A stretch of 54,627 nt of DNA from a virus. Within the stretch, counting starts at the first letter, position 1. Every line of letters starts with the position of its first letter. Positions 25,832 through 35,393 of this stretch are shown one piece after another. Under the pieces are notes generated by a model, which saw only the letters and a program-made list of their open reading frames with translations, made no database searches and was not told where the DNA came from. Both the position numbers and the translations under genes were made by a program. The stretch lies in the IMG/VR virus record IMGVR_UViG_3300045988_061949; one strand, given 5' to 3'.

Positions 25832-26772
25832 AGCTTGTAGATTTAATGAAACGTATATCTTCCAATGATATTCCACACTTTTTGATATTATTTGGGGAAG
25901 AGCAAACAATTCTAAATATATATCTAACACATATATTAGAAGTTACAAAGACTAAACGTATAAGCGCAGATTCAGTATCGTATGTAATGCAAAATATAAA
26001 CAAGAAAAGATTTGATAAATCTCTCAGACTATATGTAGTTCAAGATGATATGTCATTTTTAAAGGCTGAGGATAGCTGGGAAACTGTACGAAATACACCA
26101 ACTAAAGATTATATCATTCTTAGATATCATAGCTTAGATAAGCGCTCTGCGTTTGTAAAGAAGAATCAACAAAATTTAGTTGAATTTTCACGTTTAACTA
26201 AAGAGGTGTTACAAACATACATATCTAAAGATTTATCCGATTTAAGCGAGAAAAATTCAAGCAAGTTAGTTGAGTATTGCAATTATGATTATGGTAGAAT
26301 ATTGATGGAAATAGATAAAATTAAGCAATATTCGTCTATTAGAACTGATTTGACCCTTGATAGTTGTTTTGAGAGATTAGATAAGCAAGGATTATTTCAT
26401 AAAGAAATAGGAGATATAACCTTTGAATTAACTAATGCAGTATTAGGTGGATATACAGAAACAGCTATACAGAAACTTGATGAAGCTAAAAGAAAAGGTG
26501 AACCTGTTATGATGATTGTATCAATCTTATATACTGGTTTTAGAAACTTATTAGCATATCAAGGATTGGGAAGTAATAAGCAAGGAGCTATAGAACGAAC
26601 TGGAATGACAAAAGGAGAGTTGTATGGCTGTACTAAGAATGTAGGTGGATATAGTATAACAGAAGTTAAAAGAAATATGCTTAAATGTCAAGAGATAGAA
26701 TCAGGGATTAAGATGGGAACTATAGATGAAGATATAGCTCTTGAATATGCTGTTTTGTCCTGTCTTGCCTAA
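25828..26772 (+). CDS. holA: Clamp-loader delta-like subunit
   Basis: 314 aa. The N-terminal IPHFLILFGEEQTILNIYL is HolA-like. It sits beside the dnaX/holB-like genes. Confidence 0.5.
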   Translation: MKLVDLMKRISSNDIPHFLILFGEEQTILNIYLTHILEVTKTKRISADSVSYVMQNINKKRFDKSLRLYVVQDDMSFLKAEDSWETVRNTPTKDYIILRYHSLDKRSAFVKKNQQNLVEFSRLTKEVLQTYISKDLSDLSEKNSSKLVEYCNYDYGRILMEIDKIKQYSSIRTDLTLDSCFERLDKQGLFHKEIGDITFELTNAVLGGYTETAIQKLDEAKRKGEPVMMIVSILYTGFRNLLAYQGLGSNKQGAIERTGMTKGELYGCTKNVGGYSITEVKRNMLKCQEIESGIKMGTIDEDIALEYAVLSCLA

Positions 26773-26802
26773 TAAATTTTTATGTATTTTTATAAAAAAG
26801 TG

Positions 26803-26831
26803 TTGACAAATCTACTTTTATGTATTACAAT
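26803..26831 (+). promoter_or_regulatory. Conserved promoter, copy 5 (TTGACA-N17-TACAAT)
   Basis: Identical to copy 1 over roughly 60 nt, including the 5' UTR. Confidence 0.8.
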
Positions 26832-26876
26832 ATACTTGTAAATAAGAAATACATAAAAAACAGGAGGAACAAAGAT

Positions 26877-27053
26877 ATGACACATACAACATTGAAGCAG
26901 GTAAGACACGATAGATGGGAAGATAACAAAGGTAATTATATTTGGAAAGATGATTTTGGAGCATTTATAATTTATGTAAATGGAACAATGGAAAGAACAG
27001 ATTCTTTGAAGAAAGCTCTTGAAGTGATGGATTCAGACAGATATTGGAATTAA
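26877..27053 (+). CDS. Small hypothetical protein (58 aa)
   Basis: AGGAGG RBS before the ATG at 26877. Confidence 0.65.
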   Translation: MTHTTLKQVRHDRWEDNKGNYIWKDDFGAFIIYVNGTMERTDSLKKALEVMDSDRYWN

Positions 27054-27069
27054 GAAAGAAGGTGAAAAA

Positions 27070-27210
27070 ATGAATACTTGGCTTATACTATGTATAATAG
27101 CATTATTACTGATGATGTTAGTAATATCAGCATTGATGGTTATTTTATTAATTTTACTTTCTCCCGTAAATAAGCAGGAGAGAGAGAGAAAGAAGACAAG
27201 GAATAATTAG
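27070..27210 (+). CDS. Small membrane protein (46 aa)
   Basis: GAAGGTG RBS. It has a long hydrophobic stretch followed by a basic tail. Confidence 0.45.
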   Translation: MNTWLILCIIALLLMMLVISALMVILLILLSPVNKQERERKKTRNN

Positions 27211-27237
27211 AATATTTACGAAAGTTGAGGGATAAAT

Positions 27238-27375
27238 ATGAACACAAGAACGATATCTAACATTGACCATATTGAGCGTAAGTGCACTTATGATAAAGAA
27301 TATAATTGCACTTCAAAATGCATATATTATTTGACTTGTATATCAAGTCCATATAAGGAGAAATCTAATGAATGA
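27238..27375 (+). CDS. Small Cys-rich hypothetical protein (45 aa)
   Basis: GAGGGA RBS. Hand-translated. Confidence 0.4.
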   Translation: MNTRTISNIDHIERKCTYDKEYNCTSKCIYYLTCISSPYKEKSNE

Positions 27376-27526
27376 AGCTAAACAGACAACTTGTAAAAGA
27401 TGTGGAAGAAAGCTAAGAACAGAAGAAGCTATTAATAGAGGCATGGGGATAACATGCTGGAGAAAATGGCAAAAAGAAAATAATCATAAAAGATTATGGG
27501 AGGAGAACAATGACAAAGAAACGTGA
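27368..27526 (+). CDS. Small CxxC...GITC motif protein (52 aa)
   Basis: CKRCGRKLRTEEAINRGMGITCWRK. The motif type matches the C-terminus of the 21142 ORF. Confidence 0.5.
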   Translation: MNEAKQTTCKRCGRKLRTEEAINRGMGITCWRKWQKENNHKRLWEENNDKET

Positions 27527-28055
27527 TATAATAAGTGTGAGTATTCTTATAATTGTATGGATACTTTTTATCACAACAGTAAAATCAGCACAAGATGATT
27601 TATATGCAGAAAACACTGAAACTAATAAACAAGTTGCTACAGCTACACCATACATAGAAGAGAATGATACAGACATAGTTCAATCTTGTGAAGTTCATCC
27701 TGATTATTGGATGGATAATGATGAGTATGAGTTATTTGCAAAATGTGTTGAGGCGGAAGCTGGGACAGAAGGATTTACTGAAAAACAATATGTTGTAGAT
27801 GTAATATTAAATAGAGTAGATTCAGATAAGTATCCAAACACTGTAAAAGATGTTATAATGCAGAAACATCAATTCGAGGTGGTAAGTAATGGAAGAATAT
27901 ATGATGTTACACCTACAAAAGAAACATATAGGGCTATTAATACAGAACTTGAAAGTCAGCTTGACAATGAGATAACAGCATTTAGAATGTCTCATTATCA
28001 TTCATTTGGAACACCTAAGTTCCATTATAAAAATCATTATTTCAGTATAGATTAG
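27510..28055 (+). CDS. SleB/CwlJ-type cell-wall hydrolase with an N-terminal membrane anchor
   Basis: An N-terminal hydrophobic helix, then AEAGTEG ... VVDVILNRVDSDKYPNTVKDVIMQKHQFEVV. Confidence 0.7.
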   Translation: MTKKRDIISVSILIIVWILFITTVKSAQDDLYAENTETNKQVATATPYIEENDTDIVQSCEVHPDYWMDNDEYELFAKCVEAEAGTEGFTEKQYVVDVILNRVDSDKYPNTVKDVIMQKHQFEVVSNGRIYDVTPTKETYRAINTELESQLDNEITAFRMSHYHSFGTPKFHYKNHYFSID

Positions 28056-28111
28056 CATATAAAATATTTGGTTATCGTGTTATAATAGATAAAAAGGAGG
28101 CGGTAACATAT

Positions 28112-28273
28112 ATGCAAATTATATTGGATAATATCGCATTAACAGTATATGCATATACAGAGACAGACAATAAATGTACTTTTAGGTATAAGATAAGAGA
28201 TGGATTTGTTGAGCTGACTGTAGATAAGAAAAGAGTGCATATATTAGATAAAGGGGATGGTCAACATGATTAG
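28112..28273 (+). CDS. Small hypothetical protein (53 aa)
   Basis: AAGGAGGCGG RBS. Hand-translated. Confidence 0.5.
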   Translation: MQIILDNIALTVYAYTETDNKCTFRYKIRDGFVELTVDKKRVHILDKGDGQHD

Positions 28274-28332
28274 ATAATACTTCTCCATTAATTTAACATA
28301 TAAAATCCATAATACAAATCAAAGTGCATCAA

Positions 28333-28368
28333 GTAGACGGTATAGAAATATACCGTCTACTTTTTTTA
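28333..28368 (+). terminator. Rho-independent terminator
   Basis: GTAGACGGTATA / TATACCGTCTAC perfect 12-bp stem, GAAA loop, then T7. Confidence 0.9.
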
Positions 28369-28397
28369 TTTACAACATTAACAAAACATATTATAAT
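28369..28397 (+). promoter_or_regulatory. Promoter TTTACA-N17-TATAAT upstream of the packaging and structural genes
   Basis: Hexamers at 28369-28374 and 28392-28397. Confidence 0.6.
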
Positions 28398-28452
28398 AAT
28401 TAACAAATATAATACATTATATGTTAAAAATCATAAAAAAGGAGGCGGGATA

Positions 28453-28674
28453 ATGAATACCAGGGAGTTAATGTATAAATTACAAACAGCTCTAAAATCA
28501 AAGAATATAATAGTATGTATAAATACATATCAATTTTATTCTCAAGGGCAAAATAGATATATAAAAATGTATACAGTAAAAAAGGGAAAAGAAGAATTAA
28601 TCAAAACAACATCACAAATAAAAGTGATAAAAACATTGAAAACTATATGGGATGAGGTGAAAGATAATGACTAA
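28453..28674 (+). CDS. Hypothetical protein
   Basis: AAGGAGGCGGG RBS before the ATG at 28453. The track ORF extension would cross the terminator. Confidence 0.6.
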   Translation: MNTRELMYKLQTALKSKNIIVCINTYQFYSQGQNRYIKMYTVKKGKEELIKTTSQIKVIKTLKTIWDEVKDND

Positions 28675-29116
28675 AGAAACAGATAAAGAAATAGAAGCAA
28701 AGAAGTTATTAAATAATAGACAAATAGTATTTGTACAAGAATATATGAAAACTAATAATATAACACAATCAGCAATAAGTGCAGGATATAGTGCAAAGAC
28801 AGCAGGACCACAAGGTTGTAGGTTGTTAAAACAAAATAATGTCAGGAGATACATCAATGCCATTAATGAAAGGTTGCAGTCCGGTAGAATTGCAGACATT
28901 CAAGAGGTTATGGAATATCTTACTTCTGTTATGAGAGGTGAGCAGAAAGACCAGTTCGATATGGATGTATCTGTACAGGATAGAACACGAGCCGCATCTG
29001 AGCTGGCACGTAGATTAGATGTACAATCTAAGAATATCAATGTAGATGCAAGAGTTCTTATAGTTGATGATATTCCGGATGATGTTGAGTTGGAAGAGGA
29101 AGATAATGAAGAGTAA
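28667..29116 (+). CDS. terS: Terminase small subunit
   Basis: FVQEYMKTNNITQSAISAGYSAKTAGPQGCRLLKQNNVRRYI is the Terminase_2-type HTH. It precedes terL. Confidence 0.8.
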   Translation: MTKETDKEIEAKKLLNNRQIVFVQEYMKTNNITQSAISAGYSAKTAGPQGCRLLKQNNVRRYINAINERLQSGRIADIQEVMEYLTSVMRGEQKDQFDMDVSVQDRTRAASELARRLDVQSKNINVDARVLIVDDIPDDVELEEEDNEE

Positions 29117-30365
29117 GAAAACATCACTTATTAATTGTATAGGTCCAGCTTTCTATAATATCCACAATGATATAAAAAATCATAAACATACATATTATGA
29201 CTTGACCGGTGGACGAGGCTCTTTAAAGTCCTCAGATGTATCAATAGAAATAGTTTTTGGTATGATGAAAAAGGAAAATGCTGACAAGCATGCAGTCATC
29301 TATAGAAAAGTAGGAGATACATTAGAGACTTCTGTATTTGCACAAATTGAATGGGCTATTGATAAATTAGGTGTAGCAAGTGATTGGAAGCTCACTAAAT
29401 CACCAATGAGAGCAGAATATCTACGAACAGGACAGAGGATTATATTTAAAGGACTGGATAAAGCGGCAAAGTCTAAATCTATCAAAGTACCTTTTGGATA
29501 TATAGGCTATCTGTGGTTCGAGGAGTTTGATGAGTTTGCAGGCGAAGAAGAAATAAGAAAAGTTCAGCAGTCTGTTATCAGAGGTGGTAATGACTTTATA
29601 GTATTCAAATCTATGAACCCACCTAAGTCAAGACAGAACTGGGCTAATGATTATATAGAGAAAGAAAAACTAAGACCTGATACATTAGTATCTCATACTA
29701 CTTATTTACAAGCACCACCTGAATGGTTAGGACAGCAGTTCATAGATGATGCTGAATGGCTCAAGCAAGTAAATCCTAAAGCATATGAGCATGAGTATTT
29801 AGGTATACCAGTTGGAAACGGAACTGAAGTATTTGATAATCTTGAAATCAGAAAGATTACAGATAAAGAGATTGCTAAATGGGATAAGCTATATAGAGGT
29901 GTTGACTGGGGTTGGTATCCTGACCCATTCCATTATGGATGCATGTATTATGATAGTGCAAGAATGACCTTATACATCTTTGAGGAATTTAGAACTAACA
30001 AGATGAAGAATAAGGATACTGCACAAGTATTATTAGATGATTTCCATTTAGGAAGATTTGATGTTGTAACTTGTGATAGTGCTGAGCAGAAATCAGTGGC
30101 AGATTATAGAAGCTATGGAATTAATGCACGAGCGGCGGAAAAAGGACCGGATAGCGTAAGATATGGAATGAAGTGGTTGCAATCTCTTATTAAGATAGTT
30201 ATAGACCCTATACGATGTCCAAACACTTCTGAAGAATTTAAAAAGTATGAATATGAGTTGGATAAAGATGGAAATCCAACATCAAATTATCCAGATAAAG
30301 ATAACCATTCGATAGATATGACAAGATATGCTATGGAGCAAGTATGGAAGAGACGAGGTAGGTAA
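29106..30365 (+). CDS. terL: Terminase large subunit
   Basis: Walker A-like LTGGRGSLKSS, Walker B LWFEEFDEF, and a C-terminal nuclease region GVDWGW ... DNHSIDM. Confidence 0.85.
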   Translation: MKSKKTSLINCIGPAFYNIHNDIKNHKHTYYDLTGGRGSLKSSDVSIEIVFGMMKKENADKHAVIYRKVGDTLETSVFAQIEWAIDKLGVASDWKLTKSPMRAEYLRTGQRIIFKGLDKAAKSKSIKVPFGYIGYLWFEEFDEFAGEEEIRKVQQSVIRGGNDFIVFKSMNPPKSRQNWANDYIEKEKLRPDTLVSHTTYLQAPPEWLGQQFIDDAEWLKQVNPKAYEHEYLGIPVGNGTEVFDNLEIRKITDKEIAKWDKLYRGVDWGWYPDPFHYGCMYYDSARMTLYIFEEFRTNKMKNKDTAQVLLDDFHLGRFDVVTCDSAEQKSVADYRSYGINARAAEKGPDSVRYGMKWLQSLIKIVIDPIRCPNTSEEFKKYEYELDKDGNPTSNYPDKDNHSIDMTRYAMEQVWKRRGR

Positions 30366-30443
30366 TACAACTTTTTATTGTGTTATAAGTTATCAACATT
30401 TATAATTATAATAGGGTCATTTAAAAATGAAAGGAGCACAAAG

Positions 30444-32024
30444 ATGATAAAAAAATTACTGAGATTAATACAACAGGCAATTGACAAGATGCTGGGATAC
30501 ACTTCAATCACAAAAGCAATAGACATAGAAGAAACAACTGTATCTACTTCTATGTCAGATGCTTTCACATTATGGAAGCAAATGTACAAAGACCAAAGTC
30601 CTTGGCTTGATGAGGATAAAGGTATATATTCATTAGGGTTAGCTAAGCAGATATGTAATTCTTTCCAACAACAGATGTTATCAGAATTGGAAACAAGAAT
30701 AACTGACCCTGGAATGGATGAAGATGTGGATGAAGATAAAGCTAATCAACCTGATGAAATAACAACACGAGCACAATATCTAAATGATGCTTATAAAAAG
30801 AAACTTATTAAGAAATTACCTCAAGCTGTAGAAAAAGCTCTTGCATTAGGTGGTATGATTATAAAGCCTTATATATCAAATAATCAAATCTACTTTGATT
30901 TTAGTTTTCAAGGTGATTTTTTACCTATAGCTTTTGATGATGATGGAAATATCACAGATATAGCATTTTATGACCAATTTGTTTCCGGTGAATATGTGTA
31001 TACAAAGGTAGAGAGACAGACATTTTCTCAAGCAGAAAATAAGATTGTGATTGAGAATAAAGCATTTAAAGCTAAACTGGTACAGTCGGATGATAATGAA
31101 GAGCAGGAGTTAGGTAAGGAAATTCCATTAACTGATGTAGATAGATGGGCTACAATATCACAAGAACCAGTTACTATTGAAAATGTAGATAAGCCATTAT
31201 ATGGATTCTTCAAAGTGCCTATTGCAAATAATATAGATTTTGACAGCCCATTAGGTATATCACTATTTAGTCCTGCAGTAGGAATTATAGAAAGAGCAGA
31301 TAATCAGTTTTCAAGACTTGACTGGGAATATGAAGGTGGACAGCTTGCAGTTGATGTAGACCCTACTGCTGTCACATATTCAACTAATTATTATGGCACA
31401 CAGATGGAGTTAGACCAGTGTAAGAATAGATTATACAGAAAATTGGATTTAGGTTCAGATGAGACATATAATCAGTGGGCTCCATCTTTGAGAGATAATA
31501 ATTATATTCAAGGTTTGAATAATTATAAATGCATAATTGAGGATGTTATAGGACTTGCAAGAGGTACTATATCAGACCCAAACAGTGATGCTAAGACAGC
31601 TACAGAAATTAAATTGATGAAGCAAAGAACTTACATCACGGTTACAGCTATGCAGAAAGCATTGGAAAATGCTATATTAGACACAGTAAGTGCTATGAAT
31701 GTATTTGTTGACTTATATGGGCTTTTCGCAGATGGCGATTATGAGACTAAAATTGATTGGAAGGATAGTATACTTACTGATACAGATACAGAGCTTGAAC
31801 AGAAACTTACAATGGAGAAAGCAGGTATTCTAAGTAAGGCAGAAGTAAGAGCATGGTATACAGGTGAATCTATAACAACTGCTCAATTAGCTATAGATAA
31901 GATGCAGCAAGCCCAACAGCAACAGCAACTAAATGATTTATTCACCCAAGTGCCTGAAGCTACATTAGAGAATAATCAAAATGATAATAACGAACCTACA
32001 CAGAATGAAGGAGATAACAGCTAA
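30444..32024 (+). CDS. Portal protein
   Basis: About 526 aa, immediately after terL, with AAGGAG RBS. It has a Q-rich acidic C-terminus. Confidence 0.75.
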   Translation: MIKKLLRLIQQAIDKMLGYTSITKAIDIEETTVSTSMSDAFTLWKQMYKDQSPWLDEDKGIYSLGLAKQICNSFQQQMLSELETRITDPGMDEDVDEDKANQPDEITTRAQYLNDAYKKKLIKKLPQAVEKALALGGMIIKPYISNNQIYFDFSFQGDFLPIAFDDDGNITDIAFYDQFVSGEYVYTKVERQTFSQAENKIVIENKAFKAKLVQSDDNEEQELGKEIPLTDVDRWATISQEPVTIENVDKPLYGFFKVPIANNIDFDSPLGISLFSPAVGIIERADNQFSRLDWEYEGGQLAVDVDPTAVTYSTNYYGTQMELDQCKNRLYRKLDLGSDETYNQWAPSLRDNNYIQGLNNYKCIIEDVIGLARGTISDPNSDAKTATEIKLMKQRTYITVTAMQKALENAILDTVSAMNVFVDLYGLFADGDYETKIDWKDSILTDTDTELEQKLTMEKAGILSKAEVRAWYTGESITTAQLAIDKMQQAQQQQQLNDLFTQVPEATLENNQNDNNEPTQNEGDNS

Positions 32025-33190
32025 TGATTAGTGAAGCAGATTTAACAGATTATGCTTATATTGTATCAGCTCGATTTGACGCTATAAATACTCATTACAT
32101 CAAGCTAATGGCAAAACAGATAAAGGAGATAGGAAAACTATCTCCTTCTAACCTTTTTAGATTACAACAGCTGTCTAAAATGCAACAAAATATTGACTCC
32201 ATTGAATATATGTTAGCACAGGAGACCGGAAAAACATTAGATGAGCTTGATAAAGTATTAGAATTAAGCGGATTATCAGTATATAAAGATGCATATGAAC
32301 TATATGTTGCTCATAATAGAATACAAATACCTTTTAAACAAAATCAAAATATGATGAATTATATTAGAAGTGTGCAAGGTCTAACACATAATACATTTTT
32401 CAATCTGTCTAATACAACTGTTATATTTGAGCCTTATAGAAACCTTGTTGATGTGGCTATTGATGCTATAACAAATGGTATAGATTCATATAATAATATC
32501 ATACATAAGCAATTAACCGATTCCACACTTCCCCCTAATCTAAGATATGCAGATGAAGGATTAAAAGTAACATATGCAAGTGGGCTTACACGAAGATTAG
32601 ACAGTGCAGTTAGAATGAATGTATTAGAAGGAGTTAGGCAAGTTAATAATGGTATTCGAGAAAAAGCTGGTGAAGAATTTGGAGCGGATGGTGTAGAAGT
32701 ATCTGCTCATGCTTTGTGCGCAAGAGACCATATAGATATACAAGGCAAGCAGTTCAGTAAAAAAGAATTTGAGTTACGAAATGAAGAATTAAGGCGTCAT
32801 ATATCCACTTGTAATTGCAAGCATTACACATTTCCAATAATACTAGGAATATCTAAACCAACCTATACTGATAAAGAGCTTAGACAGTATAGAGAGAATA
32901 GTGAAAAGCCGGTAAATATTAATGGAAAAGAAATGACAAAGTATCAGGCTACACAAGTTCAACGAAATATGGAGACAGCGATTAGAAAGCAAAAAGATAA
33001 ATATATCTTTGCGGATACAATGGGTGATACAGAAATGGCTGAGAAGATAAAAAATAATATAAATCAATTACAATCACAGTATAATTCTATATCACAACAA
33101 GCTGGGTTATCTCCTAAGATGGATAGAACTTATGTACCTGGGTATACAGGAAAGCAAGTAAAACCTAAGTCAATTAAATTAAGCATATAA
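32024..33190 (+). CDS. Minor head protein (MuF / SPP1 gp7-like)
   Basis: Assigned from position after the portal gene and from size (388 aa). Confidence 0.55.
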   Translation: MISEADLTDYAYIVSARFDAINTHYIKLMAKQIKEIGKLSPSNLFRLQQLSKMQQNIDSIEYMLAQETGKTLDELDKVLELSGLSVYKDAYELYVAHNRIQIPFKQNQNMMNYIRSVQGLTHNTFFNLSNTTVIFEPYRNLVDVAIDAITNGIDSYNNIIHKQLTDSTLPPNLRYADEGLKVTYASGLTRRLDSAVRMNVLEGVRQVNNGIREKAGEEFGADGVEVSAHALCARDHIDIQGKQFSKKEFELRNEELRRHISTCNCKHYTFPIILGISKPTYTDKELRQYRENSEKPVNINGKEMTKYQATQVQRNMETAIRKQKDKYIFADTMGDTEMAEKIKNNINQLQSQYNSISQQAGLSPKMDRTYVPGYTGKQVKPKSIKLSI

Positions 33191-33195
33191 TCAAC

Positions 33196-33227
33196 AAGTT
33201 ATCAGCAATCTGTTGATAACTTTTTTA
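33196..33227 (+). terminator. Rho-independent terminator
   Basis: AAGTTATCA / TGATAACTT stem, 9-nt loop, then TTTTTT. Confidence 0.75.
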
Positions 33228-33303
33228 GTTTAATTAATTGTTTATAACTATGTGTATAACTTGTGAATAACTACTTTACAAATGTTGATAACTTGTGTAT
33301 AAT
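33211..33303. repeat. Array of six same-orientation DnaA-box-like 9-mers (TGTKNATAA), overlapping a TTTACA-N17-TATAAT promoter at 33275-33303
   Basis: Boxes start at 33211, 33239, 33251, 33262, 33283 and 33294. Three of them match TTWTNCACA on the reverse complement. Confidence 0.6.
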
Positions 33304-33374
33304 ACAATATGAAGTAAACCACAGACCAGAAAGTGGTCTATAACAATTATTTTAGTTGAAAAGGAGCAATAAAC

Positions 33375-34016
33375 ATGAAAAACATTTACGAAATTCTTAA
33401 ATCTTATGGTATTGAAATCCCAGAGGATAAGAAAGAAGCTTTTGACAAGGAAGTTCTTGAGAACTACAAGACAGTGAGTGAGGTTGATACTTTACGAACT
33501 AAGCTAAGCAAAGCAGAGACAGAGAGAGATACTATTCAGACAAAATATGATACTGATATAGCTCAGAGAGATGCTGACCTAGTTAGCTTACAAACACAGT
33601 TAAAAGATGCCGGTGGAGATGCAGAGAAGTTAGCCACCTTACAAACTAATTTTAATACTCTACAGACAACTTATAATACTGCAAAAGCAGATTATGAGAA
33701 TCAGTTAGCTGAACAGGCTTATGACTTTGCTATTAAGGAAAATTCATCTAAACTTAAATTTTCTTCTAACTCAGCAAAGAAAGCATTCATGTCAGACTTG
33801 AAAGCTAAAAAGTTATCAATGGACAATGGAAAAATCTTAGGATTTGATGATTTTGTAAATGCATACAAGGAGCAGGATGCTGGAGCATTTATCACAGATA
33901 CCCCAAGCCCTAAAAATGATGAACCAAAACCATCTTTTAGTGGTAAAACAAATCCAAGTGATAAAACAGACCCACAGCCTGAACCAACACAAAAAGAAAG
34001 ACCAATTATATGGTAG
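33375..34016 (+). CDS. Scaffolding protein (GP20-like)
   Basis: Helical, repeat-rich 213-aa protein directly upstream of the capsid gene. Confidence 0.65.
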   Translation: MKNIYEILKSYGIEIPEDKKEAFDKEVLENYKTVSEVDTLRTKLSKAETERDTIQTKYDTDIAQRDADLVSLQTQLKDAGGDAEKLATLQTNFNTLQTTYNTAKADYENQLAEQAYDFAIKENSSKLKFSSNSAKKAFMSDLKAKKLSMDNGKILGFDDFVNAYKEQDAGAFITDTPSPKNDEPKPSFSGKTNPSDKTDPQPEPTQKERPIIW

Positions 34017-34037
34017 TTATAAGGAAGGAGAAAACTT

Positions 34038-35162
34038 ATGCCAAGAATTGAATCATTATCGGTATTACTTGACCCACAGGGTAAGATGCTTTTATCTGAA
34101 GCATACGACGGAGTACTTGAGAACGTACAGAAATCTACTATTTCAGGACAGATTAAGAATCAGGACTTATCTGGAGACCCAACTGCAGGAACAGTAGAAG
34201 CAAAGAGATTTGCAAATGCAAAATCTAAGGACTATGGCACAGCACGTAGAGGTGGAGAAGGTGAGAAAGTAAAAGGAGCTACAGTAACAATTCCTATTGA
34301 TAGAGATAAGGAGTTCGTAGAAGAGATTGAGCAGAAAGATATCTCACTTTTAGGTGTAGATGGACTCATCACTCGTAGAAGTGCCAATCATGCAATGCAG
34401 ATGGCAAATGAGTTAGATGAGGAGTTCTTTAGAGAGTGTGTAAACTCTGGTACACAGTTTACACCATCAGCAGGAACAACAGCTATTCAGGATATTATTG
34501 AGGAGGGTATCGTAACCCTTGAGACACTCAAGAATGATTACATCCAGGGTATTCCGAGAAATATGTTATCAGTTCAGGTTACACCTGCCGTATATAGTCA
34601 GATGAGAAAGTACCTGGATGAGAATGTTAATAACGCCAATGTTAATACAGCGGCAGAAGAGTTTACCACCTTTCATGGTGTTAGATTCATGTCTACAATC
34701 AATATGCCAGAGAATGTAGAATTTATCGTGCAGGTTGATGGCTCAGTAGCTCAGCCAATTATGTCTAACCCATATTCAGCAGAGAAGATTCCAATGTCTA
34801 ATGCATATGCTGTTGAGCTTTTCTTCTATTATGGGACTAAGTGTGTCACACCGGAGACTATTCTCTATTATGCCCCAAAGGGTGTTATCGTAGTAACATC
34901 CTCTAAAGGTTCCACAAGTGGAAAAACCAAAATCAGTGTAAGTCCTGCTAAAACAGGTTCTAATACATATAAGTATAAGACAGCTAAGACAGTAGATTTA
35001 CCAAAGATTGGTGCCTCAGTAACTGATTACACTGATTGGGATGGTACAGCAGAAATCGCTGCAACAGACAATGATGAAATTGCTATTGTGGAGATTGAAG
35101 CAACTGGAAGCACTGTTGTACGTGCAGGAAAGACACAGGTACAGTCTAACACCGAGGAATAA
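34038..35162 (+). CDS. Major capsid protein with a C-terminal Ig-like extension
   Basis: 374 aa, following the scaffold gene, with GGAGAA RBS. The C-terminal beta-rich segment (VVTSSKGSTSGKTKISVSP...) looks Ig-like. Confidence 0.7.
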   Translation: MPRIESLSVLLDPQGKMLLSEAYDGVLENVQKSTISGQIKNQDLSGDPTAGTVEAKRFANAKSKDYGTARRGGEGEKVKGATVTIPIDRDKEFVEEIEQKDISLLGVDGLITRRSANHAMQMANELDEEFFRECVNSGTQFTPSAGTTAIQDIIEEGIVTLETLKNDYIQGIPRNMLSVQVTPAVYSQMRKYLDENVNNANVNTAAEEFTTFHGVRFMSTINMPENVEFIVQVDGSVAQPIMSNPYSAEKIPMSNAYAVELFFYYGTKCVTPETILYYAPKGVIVVTSSKGSTSGKTKISVSPAKTGSNTYKYKTAKTVDLPKIGASVTDYTDWDGTAEIAATDNDEIAIVEIEATGSTVVRAGKTQVQSNTEE

Positions 35163-35175
35163 AGGAGTGTAAATT

Positions 35176-35376
35176 ATGCAATTACTCTTACCTACAGGAG
35201 TAATTCTTAATAGTGATAATGATATGGTTATTCAACAGCATCTTAATCATGGTGCTGTTGAATATGTTGAAGAACATAAAACTATAGACAATGAAACAAT
35301 TAAGAATGAAACTGAAACTTTGCAGAAAGAAATAAAGCCAAAACGAGGACGAAAGTCTACTAAAATTGAAGCATAG
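35176..35376 (+). CDS. Hypothetical protein
   Basis: 66-aa ORF with AAGGAG RBS. Confidence 0.5.
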   Translation: MQLLLPTGVILNSDNDMVIQQHLNHGAVEYVEEHKTIDNETIKNETETLQKEIKPKRGRKSTKIEA

Positions 35377-35393
35377 AAAGGCGGTGGAATTGA

